64,000 nucleotides of DNA from Macrostomum lignano (lineage: Eukaryota), in contig NIVC01000137.1 of the NCBI GenBank assembly GCA_002269645.1, positions 248,001-312,000 of the forward strand, given 5' to 3'. Of this stretch, positions 53,496-64,000 are shown one piece after another (the first letter of the stretch is position 1; each line of letters opens with the position of its first letter). The position numbers were made by a program, and so were the translations under genes. The notes under the pieces are model-generated. The model worked only from the letters and a program-made list of their open reading frames with translations, was not told where the DNA came from and searched no databases.

Positions 53496-56400
53496 ATGAC
53501 TGCAAAACACAAAAAATCCCACCATCTGTTTCAAGCAATGCCGTTCAAGCCGACTGAACGACAAAAGCGGCGTGAAAAGAGGAAAAAATATATTAAAAAA
53601 AATTTTGGCTCCCACAGTAGCTACCTAGAGCACATGCGGCGGCAACAGCAGAAGTATAGGGACAAAGGCAATCGCAAGGACAAGGCAGGGTCCAGCACTT
53701 CGGCAGAGATCCCCCAGCGATCCTTGGCAAGATCGGCAGCGGCGTTCAAGCGGGAGAATGCCAAGCTAAAGGCCAGGGTGCACCTGCTTGAGACTGCTGC
53801 CAAGCAGCGCAAGACAAGCAAAACCTGCCTGCGAGTGAAACTTCACCGCGCGAATAAGGAATTGGCGGCAAAAAGTTGCCGGCTTCAGACTTTCACCAAC
53901 ATAGCTAGCCATGTGAAGAGAGCGCTGCAGTCAGTCAGACGGTTCAATAACACCCGGCGAGTAATCAAGGCTGCCTGTCTAAACGCCCACGAGGCAGGAC
54001 GGAAGGCCGTCATGGCCTTCTTTGGCGCCTCCGCGAAGATCTTGAAGCAGCCGAGAGCGCCGAAGATAAATCTGCTTGTGAGCGTCGTCCAGGAGTACTT
54101 TTGCCAGGACGAAAACTCGCGGGCCACCTCCTCCCGGAAGGATTGCATCTCCAAGAGATTTGGCGAGGAGAAGGAGACAAAGCAGAAGCGTTATCTCCTG
54201 AGCTCAGTCTCCCTGCTCCATGCAAAGTTCCTTTGGGAGTATCCTGGTGTGAAGATCAGCCGGGCAACATTTAACCGCTGGAAGCCATGGTATGTCAAGA
54301 GGGCTCGTCTGTGTGACCGAGACATGTGTATGTGCATAAAGTGCACTAACACGGAGTCCTTAATCAAAGGCATGCACATTGCTGGACTTCTTCACAGCCA
54401 CCACATTACTAAAGTGTTGAATGAAATGGTCTGCGACATGGAATACGCTGACTGCCTGCTGCGCAAATGCGACGAGTGCCGTCGCAAGTCATTTGTAGTC
54501 ACGGAGACAGCTGAGGCTGAGCCACAGGTTGTGTACCGCGTTTGGAAGCCTCGGACAGATGGACGCAGCGGCTTGGATGTGGTCAAAGAGACGGCATCAT
54601 GCAAGACGGCTATCAGCATGCTGATGGTGCAACTAGTCGACTTTGCGGGCCACTTTATGCGGATGCGGAACCAGTATCGTGCAATCCGCCAGGTTAAGGA
54701 TACTCTGCAGCCGGGACAGCTCCTGTTGCACATAGACTTCTCCGAAAACTATACGGCGAAGTACCACAAAGAGGTACAGGCGGCGCACTTTGGCGACAAG
54801 GATCAGGTGGTGCTTCATCAAGGCGTGGCCTACATGGCTGGACATCAACCTTGCTCATTCGCAACGGTATCAGGAGAGAGGAGTAAGACGGCGGAGGCCA
54901 TCGCCGCTCATCTACAACCAGTCCTTCGCCACTTTAAGGAGAAGCACGATGTCGATAAGGACGCCTTTAGCCAACTGGACCAGATCGTCATCGTCTCTGA
55001 TTCGCCATCCAGCCAGTATAGAAATCGCAAGATGGTTTTCTTATTCGACCGCCTGATGAAGATCATGAGGGTGTCAAGCTGGCGTTGGATCTACACAGAG
55101 GCCGGACACGGCAAGGGTGCTGCGGATGGAGTTGGAGCGGCTATCAAACGCCGCTGCGATGAAGTCGTGGCTAGCCGGCAGGACGTTGTAACACCTCAGG
55201 ATGTTATGGAAGCCGTCAGATCGGGTAGCCCTCTGCACATACTCACATGGTTGGTTCAGCCAGAGGACATGAACTATTTCACAAGCATCATCACCTTCGT
55301 AGGTGAGGACCTCTGCGGCATGCCAGGCTCGAAGTCGATGCACGACGTCTCAAGGACTGATGGTGGGCCGATCACTTACCGTCAGCTGTCCTGCATGTGC
55401 CCTGGTACAGCAGTAGCCTGCCCATGCCACGAGATGAAAGTGTGGGCGCCGCTGATGCTGCCGGAGGCGCCAGCTCCTGATCTCCTGAGCTCAGTCTCCC
55501 TGCTCCATGCAAAGTTCCTTTGGGAGTATCCTGGTGTGAAGATCAGCCGGGCAACATTTAACCGCTGGAAGCCATGGTATGTCAAGAGGGCTCGTCTGTG
55601 TGACCGAGACATGTGTATGTGCATAAAGTGCACTAACACGGAGTCCTTAATCAAAGGCATGCACATTGCTGGACTTCTTCACAGCCACCACATTACTAAA
55701 GTGTTGAATGAAATGGTCTGCGACATGGAATACGCTGACTGCCTGCTGCGCAAATGCGACGAGTGCCGTCGCAAGTCATTTGTAGTCACGGAGACAGCTG
55801 AGGCTGAGCCACAGGTTGTGTACCGCGTTTGGAAGCCTCGGACAGATGGACGCAGCGGCTTGGATGTGGTCAAAGAGACGGCATCATGCAAGACGGCTAT
55901 CAGCATGCTGATGGTGCAACTAGTCGACTTTGCGGGCCACTTTATGCGGATGCGGAACCAGTATCGTGCAATCCGCCAGGTTAAGGATACTCTGCAGCCG
56001 GGACAGCTCCTGTTGCACATAGACTTCTCCGAAAACTATACGGCGAAGTACCACAAAGAGGTACAGGCGGCGCACTTTGGCGACAAGGATCAGGTGGTGC
56101 TTCATCAAGGCGTGGCCTACATGGCTGGACATCAACCTTGCTCATTCGCAACGGTATCAGGAGAGAGGAGTAAGACGGCGGAGGCCATCGCCGCTCATCT
56201 ACAACCAGTCCTTCGCCACTTTAAGGAGAAGCACGATGTCGATAAGGACGCCTTTAGCCAACTGGACCAGATCGTCATCGTCTCTGATTCGCCATCCAGC
56301 CAGTATAGAAATCGCAAGATGGTTTTCTTATTCGACCGCCTGATGAAGATCATGAGGGTGTCAAGCTGGCGTTGGATCTACACAGAGGCCGGACACGGCA

Positions 56401-56936
56401 AGGGTGCTGCGGATGGAGTTGGAGCGGCTATCAAACGCCGCTGCGATGAAGTCGTGGCTAGCCGGCAGGACGTTGTAACACCTCAGGATGTTATGGAAGC
56501 CGTCAGATCGGGTAGCCCTCTGCACATACTCACATGGTTGGTTCAGCCAGAGGACATGAACTATTTCACAAGCATCATCACCTTCGTAGGTGAGGACCTC
56601 TGCGGCATGCCAGGCTCGAAGTCGATGCACGACGTCTCAAGGACTGATGGTGGGCCGATCACTTACCGTCAGCTGTCCTGCATGTGCCCTGGTACAGCAG
56701 TAGCCTGCCCATGCCACGAGATGAAAGTGTGGGCGCCGCTGATGCTGCCGGAGGCGCCAGCTCCTGATACTGCAACGAGTGGACTCGGATGTGGGCGTGG
56801 AGGTGGACGTGGACGCCGAGGTGGACGAGGACGCGGAGGTGGACGCCGAGGTGGACGAGGACGCGGAGGTGGACGTGGACGTGCAAGTGGTGATGAAAAG
56901 GCGCTGCTCCCTTATGACTTTTGCAACGAACCTTAG
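53496..56936 (+). CDS. Sola2-like DDD transposase with tandemly duplicated catalytic region and C-terminal RGG tract
   Basis: Uninterrupted ORF; CMCIKC zinc motif, HIDFSENY (D1), VSDSPSSQYRN (D2), GHGKGAADGVG (D3), each present twice; ends in GRGGGRGRRGG repeats. Confidence 0.85.
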   Translation: MTAKHKKSHHLFQAMPFKPTERQKRREKRKKYIKKNFGSHSSYLEHMRRQQQKYRDKGNRKDKAGSSTSAEIPQRSLARSAAAFKRENAKLKARVHLLETAAKQRKTSKTCLRVKLHRANKELAAKSCRLQTFTNIASHVKRALQSVRRFNNTRRVIKAACLNAHEAGRKAVMAFFGASAKILKQPRAPKINLLVSVVQEYFCQDENSRATSSRKDCISKRFGEEKETKQKRYLLSSVSLLHAKFLWEYPGVKISRATFNRWKPWYVKRARLCDRDMCMCIKCTNTESLIKGMHIAGLLHSHHITKVLNEMVCDMEYADCLLRKCDECRRKSFVVTETAEAEPQVVYRVWKPRTDGRSGLDVVKETASCKTAISMLMVQLVDFAGHFMRMRNQYRAIRQVKDTLQPGQLLLHIDFSENYTAKYHKEVQAAHFGDKDQVVLHQGVAYMAGHQPCSFATVSGERSKTAEAIAAHLQPVLRHFKEKHDVDKDAFSQLDQIVIVSDSPSSQYRNRKMVFLFDRLMKIMRVSSWRWIYTEAGHGKGAADGVGAAIKRRCDEVVASRQDVVTPQDVMEAVRSGSPLHILTWLVQPEDMNYFTSIITFVGEDLCGMPGSKSMHDVSRTDGGPITYRQLSCMCPGTAVACPCHEMKVWAPLMLPEAPAPDLLSSVSLLHAKFLWEYPGVKISRATFNRWKPWYVKRARLCDRDMCMCIKCTNTESLIKGMHIAGLLHSHHITKVLNEMVCDMEYADCLLRKCDECRRKSFVVTETAEAEPQVVYRVWKPRTDGRSGLDVVKETASCKTAISMLMVQLVDFAGHFMRMRNQYRAIRQVKDTLQPGQLLLHIDFSENYTAKYHKEVQAAHFGDKDQVVLHQGVAYMAGHQPCSFATVSGERSKTAEAIAAHLQPVLRHFKEKHDVDKDAFSQLDQIVIVSDSPSSQYRNRKMVFLFDRLMKIMRVSSWRWIYTEAGHGKGAADGVGAAIKRRCDEVVASRQDVVTPQDVMEAVRSGSPLHILTWLVQPEDMNYFTSIITFVGEDLCGMPGSKSMHDVSRTDGGPITYRQLSCMCPGTAVACPCHEMKVWAPLMLPEAPAPDTATSGLGCGRGGGRGRRGGRGRGGGRRGGRGRGGGRGRASGDEKALLPYDFCNEP
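54193..56768 (+). repeat. Apparently identical 1287-bp in-frame tandem duplication
   Basis: 54193-55479 repeats at 55480-56768; ORF-track offsets are exactly 1287 (e.g. 54392 vs 55679); 429 codons. Confidence 0.95.
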
Positions 56937-57048
56937 GTAGCTCATCTCAGCTCTCTAACTATCCTATATATCCTATATACTAAAAATGAAATCCTATCCT
57001 AATTGTACGTGCTATATACCATTAAAGTAGGGGTTGATTTGCTCACAT

Positions 57049-57579
57049 TTATATATTAAATAAAGTTAGGCGCAAGTAGTACAAGTAAGGTGAACCATTC
57101 GTATTTAAATCCGAATGCGGAACGAGGCCTCCATCGGCTGCGGCAGAGACAAGGGAGTATGGCCTCCTTGGAGTCGGCATCTCCAGCGGCGTTGAGGTGG
57201 GCGGTGCAGCAGGCTCCGCTGTTGCAGCAGGATGGACTGCGGCAGCGAGCTGTTGTATTAGCTGTTGGTTCTGCTGCATCTTCGCGGTCATCAATGCGTT
57301 GACATCGATGCCAGGAGTTGTCGGGGTGAGGGTGGCAGCAGTGACCGGCGCAGTAGGAGTAGCAGCCAGTTGTTGTGGGCCCCGGTCGGTCCCGGCGAGG
57401 TCGTAGCGGTCGTTAAAGTTGGGTGTCAAAGAGGCATCAGGACCAGTGGGGGCTCCAGAACTAGTGCCAGCGGTGGCAGCAACAGCGGTCGGAGTGGGCG
57501 GCATGGTATGCGCCAGAGCAGTAGTGGTTGCAGAAGTGGAGGTGGTGTCGCCGGCATCCATCGAACGCATAATAACCAT
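57049..57579 (-). CDS. Ala/Thr/Pro-rich ORF of unknown function inside the Sola2-like element
   Basis: 176-aa ORF in a GC-rich island; IDVNALMTAKMQQNQQLIQQL is loosely like the N-terminus of retroelement Gag proteins; no diagnostic domain. Confidence 0.35.
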   Translation of the reverse strand: MVIMRSMDAGDTTSTSATTTALAHTMPPTPTAVAATAGTSSGAPTGPDASLTPNFNDRYDLAGTDRGPQQLAATPTAPVTAATLTPTTPGIDVNALMTAKMQQNQQLIQQLAAAVHPAATAEPAAPPTSTPLEMPTPRRPYSLVSAAADGGLVPHSDLNTNGSPYLYYLRLTLFNI

Positions 57580-60194
57580 GAATTATTTGAAGAGTTGTGA
57601 ACGCTCTGCTACCAAATTTGTCGCTTGGACAACAAACTAATGAGCAGTTAGTAGATGGAGTGTATTTCGTGGCAGTGGAAGCAAAAGGTAAAGCAGAAAG
57701 AAAGGAACATGGACGCGCCTGAGGGGAGCAAAGCTAAGAGAAACCTATAACGGAGAGGAGGTCTTGTACATAGATATAAAAGTGGTAAACGCAAAGGATG
57801 AGCTAGGTCACTATTGCTGGAATTGCTTGGCTAAACGGTAGGGATGAGGTCATAGACAATAAATAAGGTTAGCTGCAACTAATTAATATGTTAAAGGGAC
57901 TAAAAGTACATGAAAACGTAAGTCGAAGGTGAAGGCCCAAAAGAGGCGAAGTATTGGAGGAATATAATCCGACACCCATGATGTCAAAACTCGGTCCATC
58001 ACATCCTGTTACATTTCTTTAAACTAGTGTTAAATGCACACTATGTTTAAAATACTATCATTCTTCATGCACTATTTTTATTGATTCAGGGGCAGTCAAG
58101 TCCAAGCATGACTGTTTCGATAGCTTCATTATATAGTTCCTTCATGCCTACATATACAGATAAATGTTTTTTAATCTACCCATTTCATCAAATTGTTTTC
58201 AGTTGTTTTTGTCCTGCAGTAACGTTTGTAAATCCTTTTGGATTGTAATACTTTAGCATAAACCAGTCAGTATACATGTACTTTTTAAATTTCTTCTTGT
58301 TTAATAATATTGTATCCATTCATAGCAGACTAGAGTATATAGCTGTTTGCAAGACTACATTTCTTGCAAGAATAAAAAATATAAGACAAGAAAATGTCAT
58401 ATTTATAATAAATAATTACATTTAGAGTCAAACATAGATAATTCTACAGAATATCAGGCTGCATTCATATGTACCATATATTAAGATGTCCAAACTCCAA
58501 TATTCCATGCATATTTACAATGCAACAAAGCTTTTTGCAATCATATTTCATTTCTGTGCTTGATTTGTTTTGTCTCTTCTTTCCAGTTTTTGCATCTTCT
58601 TGAACTTTTTGAGACTATACACAATGCACACGAATTTTCTCAGCTCTTTATATGCCATGTGTGCTATATTTAAACTGCCTTTGTAATTTCATACTTACTA
58701 TAAAGCTTCTCTATTATGCACTCATGCTTTAATTTTTGCTGTAGATGTATAAATATATTCTTTTTCCGTCTGAAGCAGACTTCTGAGTTAAAATATGAGT
58801 ACATATAGATCTTCCTATAGATGTTTGAATCATCCAAAAGGATTATGTGATACATAAACTTTGCAATCATTCTTGTAACCACAGATATGAATTAGCGCCT
58901 AGCGGGATACTAAATTTCGCGCATAAATGCACATATCAGTCGTTCACGCTAAGAAATGTAGCTAACAATTTTCAGATAATGTTTTGAATTACTATATTTG
59001 CGTTATCCAACGCAATGCGCATTGTAATTAATTTGTAAATAGCTAGAAAATGTCACGAACAAAGCAATGTAATACTTGAGATAGTACCCTCAGGTTGCGC
59101 GACGCACAAATTGTTCAAAGTTAAACGAATGCGTATCATAGGTATACAGTCATATTATAACAAAATATGTTTATTTAAGGGTTCGGCGCTCCGTAAACAG
59201 AAAACTAATTAAATGAAATTATTATCTATTTTAAAAGAATAAATTACTCTATAGAATTTGACGATGATATGCTGGTGTATTTCTAGTTTTCGTGCAATAA
59301 AATAATTCCGATAATAATATTTAAACAAAGCGGCATTCCATGCTGTCCTGACATTTTGTTGTGGTTTACGACACAAAATACGTTTGTTGCATCTATAATT
59401 CGTTCTTAGGTAAAGATTGAGTCACGAATTTTTAAAGAAAAAAAAACGGAAGCATAAGCAGTGCCTGATTTTGAGAACGACCCATGTATGGGCATAATTG
59501 CAAACTTTTCAATTGCAAAGAATAATTTTTAGGCAGTTGTTATTTGTCTGGTGACCAGACGAATGGCCTTTTTGCTATTTGTCCGGGTAAATTGCTAACA
59601 CAAGTATCTATTTGTTTCGTGATGAATATTGTGGCAGGCGGGTTGCCACTAAAATTTTAATACGTCTAATAATAATAATAATAATAATATTTAATTTGAC
59701 TCCCAATTCCCGGAAATTTTTCCTTGTTACTTTTCCAACGGTTGTGTCTCCTTTTTCCCGGTGTTGTTTTGTGTTCTCCTATTGTTGTCCCTCCGGTTTG
59801 CCCCGCCGTTGGAATGTTTTTGTCTTTTGTTGATATTTCCCAATTTTGCTACCTTATGCGTTGTGATTTTTTGTCCATCAGGTTGCCCACGGGCTCGCCC
59901 ACCCTGTTGTCCAGTCATCCGTCCCAACTCCCGCCCTGGGATTGAATTTAATATCTTTTCTTATTTAAGTTTCGGTTTCTGCCGCGATGTTTTTATCCTT
60001 CCTTCGCTCTCGCTCCTTGTTTAGTTGTAGTTAATTTTATTCATTGCGCAGTGTCGGCATCCGTCGTCGCCGGCCCCCTTTTCTCGTTCGCAACAAAATA
60101 AATTTCCAACGCCTGCTAACAAAACGTTTTAATGAATTATAATTAATAAACAAATAACGCCGACGAATTAAATATTAACTACTCTTTATCCGTT

Positions 60195-60592
60195 GATTTA
60201 AGCCATAGCCTATCTTGAATCCTTTGCCCGTGGGGCGTTAAATAACCGAAGTCTCATCCCAAAGAAAGCTTGGAGACCATTAGACGTTCCGTAATACGTA
60301 AATTACGGTGGTGGCAGCAACTACCCTACTAAAAGTAACAAGTTCAACTCATCGACGCATTAATTTACGGAGTCAGAATCTCCTGTGTTTCTACAACTGA
60401 ACGACCGTGCCGCTCTACGACCGCTCCGCTACGATTACAACTACCCTCCCCCCGGACTTGAGAACCCGGCTGTTGGAGTAAAAGGAGAAGAATTTCATTG
60501 AGGTTTGTCTGCGCGAGTTCTCCGGCTTTCTTCGTGTTTCAACAACGCCGGCGGAAATTCAAACGAGGAATCCGCCCACCTCATTGGTGTCA
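60195..60592 (+). repeat. Unclassified interspersed repeat family X, copy 3
   Basis: Block-wise match to 13727-14122 and, in reverse, to 11305-11890. Confidence 0.8.
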
Positions 60593-61508
60593 GTAAATTT
60601 TTCAAAACCCAACAGTCCAAGAAAAAAAATTCTTCTCCACCCCACCTCAATATTCTAGATTTTTTAGACCTTTTCTCGTATACTGATACTGTGGTAGGCC
60701 TAGGCCGGTCTACCACTGGGGTGAGCGACGGCAGACCTCCCTCGCGGACGACGGCAGGCTGCGACCGGGCTCAATCCCAACGGGTGATGGAGTTGACGTC
60801 ATTTTTCTTAATGTATGCTCCCCTGTTTGTTCCCCAGGTTGTCCCCGCCTTTGTTCCCTCGTCTGTTCCCTTTTGTTGTTCCCCCTTTGGCCACTGTTGT
60901 TTTAGTGACTCCAGTGGCCGGGTTTTTCTCTTTTCCCCTCGTTGCCCCTCGTTGTTTTCCTGTTTTTTATTATCTTCAATGCTAGGATTCACTTAACCAA
61001 GTCCAGTATTTGCTTAGTAGAGTTTTTTTAAGTAAGAAAAATATTCCTGCTTTAAAGCATTGAAATTAAATAGGTGTACATCCAGCGCCAGCTACAGTGA
61101 GAGGCCTGCAAGTTGATGCATTGAAATGAACAACCAAGCAATGCCTGGACAAATTGAATAGCGACACCCTCCCCCAAATTTCAATAACTTAAAGGTGTTG
61201 CGCAACCTTTCAACGCTTGTAGCTTTCCATGCGAGTTTAGAGAACCAATGCTATAGTTGGCACTGAGTTATGATGCAATACAATTCCATTGGCAGTCAGA
61301 ACGCTTCTCAATCGGAAAGAACTGTTTGAACTTAAAAAAACGGGCAAAAAATTGTGTTTTTCGAATACTTAATCCCGAAAAAATGAAGCAATTTCTTAGC
61401 AAAATGTTGTGTACCAGCGCACCATCAATACGCATCGAATGCAGAAAACCCCACGAAATTCGGACCACGCAAAGTCTAGTTAAACGAAGGTTCCTATAGA
61501 TATATAGA

Positions 61509-61875
61509 TTTTTTTTATTAGAGGCAGGGGGGTTGTGTGCACCCTGGCGCAATTTAAGCGTCATTGGCACACAACCGGCGAGAGGCATTACTGCCTATTC
61601 CGCCGACTCCCCTGAGCAGGCATACAAGCGCGCGGATACGTTACGCAGGCACACACTCACACAGGAGTGTACAGCGGCCCTAACTTGATTTATTGTTAGG
61701 CATGTACACTTCACTGCGCCTTGGGGGGGGGGGGTTGGCTCTCGAGGCCGTTAATTGCACAAGCGAGCCAAGCCAAGATTCCAATCCAGCCCCAAATTAA
61801 TGTGGCTGCACTTGGAATCGAGCCTGGGTCGCGGCACACCAGAGCAGCTGCGCTACCGCTGGGCTACGGCCCCCC
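61509..61875 (-). mobile_element. tRNA-derived SINE (367 bp)
   Basis: Head GGGGGGCCGTAGCCCAGCGGTAGC (A box) and GGCTCGATTCC (B box); 3' hairpin GGTTGTGTGC...GCACACAACC, AATAAAAAAAA tail; 12-bp TSD TAGATATATAGA at 61497-61508 and 61876-61887. Confidence 0.88.
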
Positions 61876-62094
61876 TAGATATATAGATAGGTAGGTAGGT
61901 AGGTAGGTAGGTACATAGTTTTGATTTTTAGTATATTGGATGATTGATGAATTGAATGATGATTTAGTATATTTAGAAGTAGAAGAGATTCTTAGAATGC
62001 AAAAGTAGAAGAGATTCTTAGAATAGATTTATATAATTCAACACTCACAACCAAGTCAATTGAGTTAAAGTCACACGAAGCTGTCATGACATAA

Positions 62095-62433
62095 TTAATT
62101 TCTTAGGCTTGTCTCTATTAAAGTTAGCAAATCGAAATGAGTATCGAAGTTCATCTTCGGCTGATAAGCTATTGGAGGGCGAAGGCGTATGTCTGGCTTC
62201 GCAGGCGGCGAGGAATCTGGCGCTGACGGAGAGGAAACGGTGAGACGCTCTTCGAGCATCCGGTGAAGAGAAGCCAAGGTTTGAGTTAGCAAGAGCTGCT
62301 CACTAGGAGCTGGCGCAGCGGCAGCAGCTGCTCCTGCGAGCTGTTCGCCGGCATCGACTGCGTCCTGGCCTGGCCCGACGGCATCTCCGTCAGCCAATGA
62401 CACTGCGGCGTGGTTTTCCCCGTTGTCGGACAT
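62095..62433 (-). pseudogene. Truncated Gag-like ORF of an LTR retrotransposon
   Basis: First ATG ORF downstream of LTR, PBS and leader; KPDIRLRPPIAYQPKMNFDTHFD then runs into AT-rich unrelated DNA. Confidence 0.55.
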
Positions 62434-63048
62434 TGTGCAAGATTGAGTGAGACGAATGAAACAAGCGTGAACGAAAATAAGGTTCCAGAGAAAACGAATT
62501 GAGGTTGATGACGCGAGAGAGACGAGAGAGATTGCGTCCTACTAATAAAAATACGTGCCTGACAGGGGCAAACCACAAAAAGCCTAGAATAGGGGAGAGT
62601 CCTATCACGCAAACCACCCAGACTAACTGTCAGGCAATAGTCCCTACAAACAATTAGCGCACGGCGTAACCTGGCGTGGCTTGGCACACGCAGCGGAGCT
62701 ATTTTGGCAGAGCGTAAGCTCGAGCTCAACGCAGTTGGCAGCTTGCGTTGCTCAGGGCGACGACCAGCGCTGACTAGCGACGACAGCCCCTGACGTGGCA
62801 CAGGCTCTCGCAGCCTTGCGGACCGACCCTCAGGCGTGGCACAGGCTCTCGCAGCCTTGCGGACCGACCCTCAGACGTGGCAGACCGGCACTCAGTCACA
62901 AGCCGGCAGAGCTGGGCAGGAGTCTCGCTGGCGCTTGGTTGCGAGTTGGCAGGGCTGAGCAGAAGTCTTGATGGCGCTTGACGGCGAACTGGCAGTGCTG
63001 AGCATAAGTCTTGGTGGCGCTTAGTTGCAAGCCGGCAGTGCTGAGCAG

Positions 63049-63068
63049 GAGTCTCGGTGGGACCTCCA
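63049..63068 (-). promoter_or_regulatory. Primer binding site complementary to tRNA-Gln 3' end
   Basis: Plus strand GAGTCTCGGTGGGACCTCCA equals the tRNA-Gln 3' end including CCA (recalled); lies 6 nt inside the LTR end. Confidence 0.85.
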
Positions 63069-63074
63069 AAAATT

Positions 63075-63783
63075 ATGTCACGAGTTTTGTCGTGGTGAAG
63101 AAATACTAGTTAAGACAACACGGCGGTTTGTAGCGGTAGCACTGGCAATATCGCGGCAACAAGTTGACCGTAGGCTTGTTTATTTGAGTAGTAGTCGGAT
63201 TGCCACGAAGGTTAACAGTTCAATATAGTGGACTACTGTACTGGGCACTGGCGGCAGCGCAACAATAAGTTGAGTTAAGTTGAAGGCGGTTGAGCACGAT
63301 GAAGGTGATCCCAAGTGGCGAATGATGGCAGTGAGCAAACAGTGCGGTGGCACTAGAATAGACAGGCAGTGGAAAGGCGTAAACAGGTCTGGCTGGCGAG
63401 ACGGGCCCAGACAGGGTGGGACGTGGCGAGAGATAAGGAGAGAGAAGGAAAACGAAAGGCCACAAGGGGTGAGGAGGCCCCCAGCCCGCCGCCAGGCGGA
63501 GGTTAATAAAGAGCGCAGAAGGGTTGGCATAATACACGCGGAGAGTTTTCATTGGCTGGCGGGGAAAAAAAACAAAAACTTGAAATTATCGATCGTGCTA
63601 GATTTTACAGACGAACGCAAGGTTTACCAAATACACAGTGAATTAGCGATTGATACAGATTCGTTGGGCGCTACTACAAGTAAGCGTGAGAATAAACTAT
63701 TGGAGAATTTTAACCGAGAAATTGTAGTGAAATTGCAGTCCAACGGCCCTTTTACGGGACCCCCTTATGCTAGCAACGTCACA
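63075..63783 (-). mobile_element. 5' LTR (709 bp) of a truncated Gypsy-like retrotransposon
   Basis: Minus strand TGTGACG...CGTGACA termini, AATAAA near 63180, adjacent PBS; the outer boundary is inferred from the terminal motif only. Confidence 0.7.
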
Positions 63784-64000
63784 GGGTTACGCAATATAAA
63801 TCAAGTGTTGTGCTATGCTTCCACACTGCGTTTTCAATACTGTGACGCAATTCAATTCAGTGTCAAAATTAAGCCAGTACACAGACGATAAATAAAAAGT
63901 CTATTGTGATGATGCAATCTATTTCAGAATCAGAATTCAACTAGTCAGTTTTTTCTCTAGCATTCTTACAATGCATTTCAAGTCGAAAAGTTAGCTTGAA

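Larger units (their letters stand above)
52115..59483 (+). mobile_element. Complete Sola2-like DNA transposon (7369 bp)
   Basis: Perfect 20-bp TIR GGGTCGTTCTCAAAATCAGG / CCTGATTTTGAGAACGACCC; 4-bp TSD ATGT (52111-52114, 59484-59487); GRG termini and 4-bp TSD fit Sola2 as recalled; encodes a DDD transposase. Confidence 0.82.
51832..59490 (+). mobile_element. MITE family A copy 3, right TIR split by the Sola2-like transposon
   Basis: 8-bp TSD GGCATAAT at 51824-51831 and 59491-59498; left end CATACTGCGCAAC; removing 52115-59487 rebuilds GTTGCGCATGTATG. Confidence 0.88.

Noticed and set aside
58100-58900. Decayed coding sequence in the Sola2 3' region
   Set aside because: Lys/Glu-rich fragments with many stops and no recognisable motif.
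61800-61875. Functional tRNA gene
   Set aside because: Degenerate B box and no full cloverleaf; continues into a SINE body with tail and TSD.
63049-63068. tRNA-Gln gene
   Set aside because: Only the 3' 20 nt with encoded CCA, next to an LTR end: a PBS.
63220-63891. ORFs overlapping the LTR
   Set aside because: No domain signal; they fall within or across the LTR boundary.

Overview
Eukaryotic (animal) genomic DNA, most likely a free-living flatworm such as Macrostomum (inference from GC-rich exons, a divergent peptide-receptor-like GPCR and the RTE family; not verifiable here). Two host genes are supported. One is a two-exon 7TM rhodopsin-class GPCR (+, 26994-28573). The other is an MTMR3/4-type myotubularin phosphatase with PH-GRAM, HCSDGWDRT active site and C-terminal FYVE (-, 40272-30839), whose introns are filled with distinct minisatellites. 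The rest is a dense, nested transposon field: a full-length LOA-like LINE with TSD, a complete Sola2-like DNA transposon whose transposase core is duplicated in frame, two mariner relics, two RTE relics (one with a 5' inversion), a CACTA-like element, a tRNA-SINE, a 5' LTR fragment with tRNA-Gln PBS, and many MITEs with readable TIRs and TSDs. The most unusual signal is a non-autonomous DNA transposon family (TIR CATACATGCGCAAC, 8-bp TSD, three copies plus one orphan core). It carries a 64-nt segment homologous to the 28S rRNA region targeted by R2, I-PpoI and Pokey, conserved in flanks and spacing but altered at the cut site. Its TIR was itself hit twice by further insertions. Boundaries, identities and counts were read by eye; no database searches were run.
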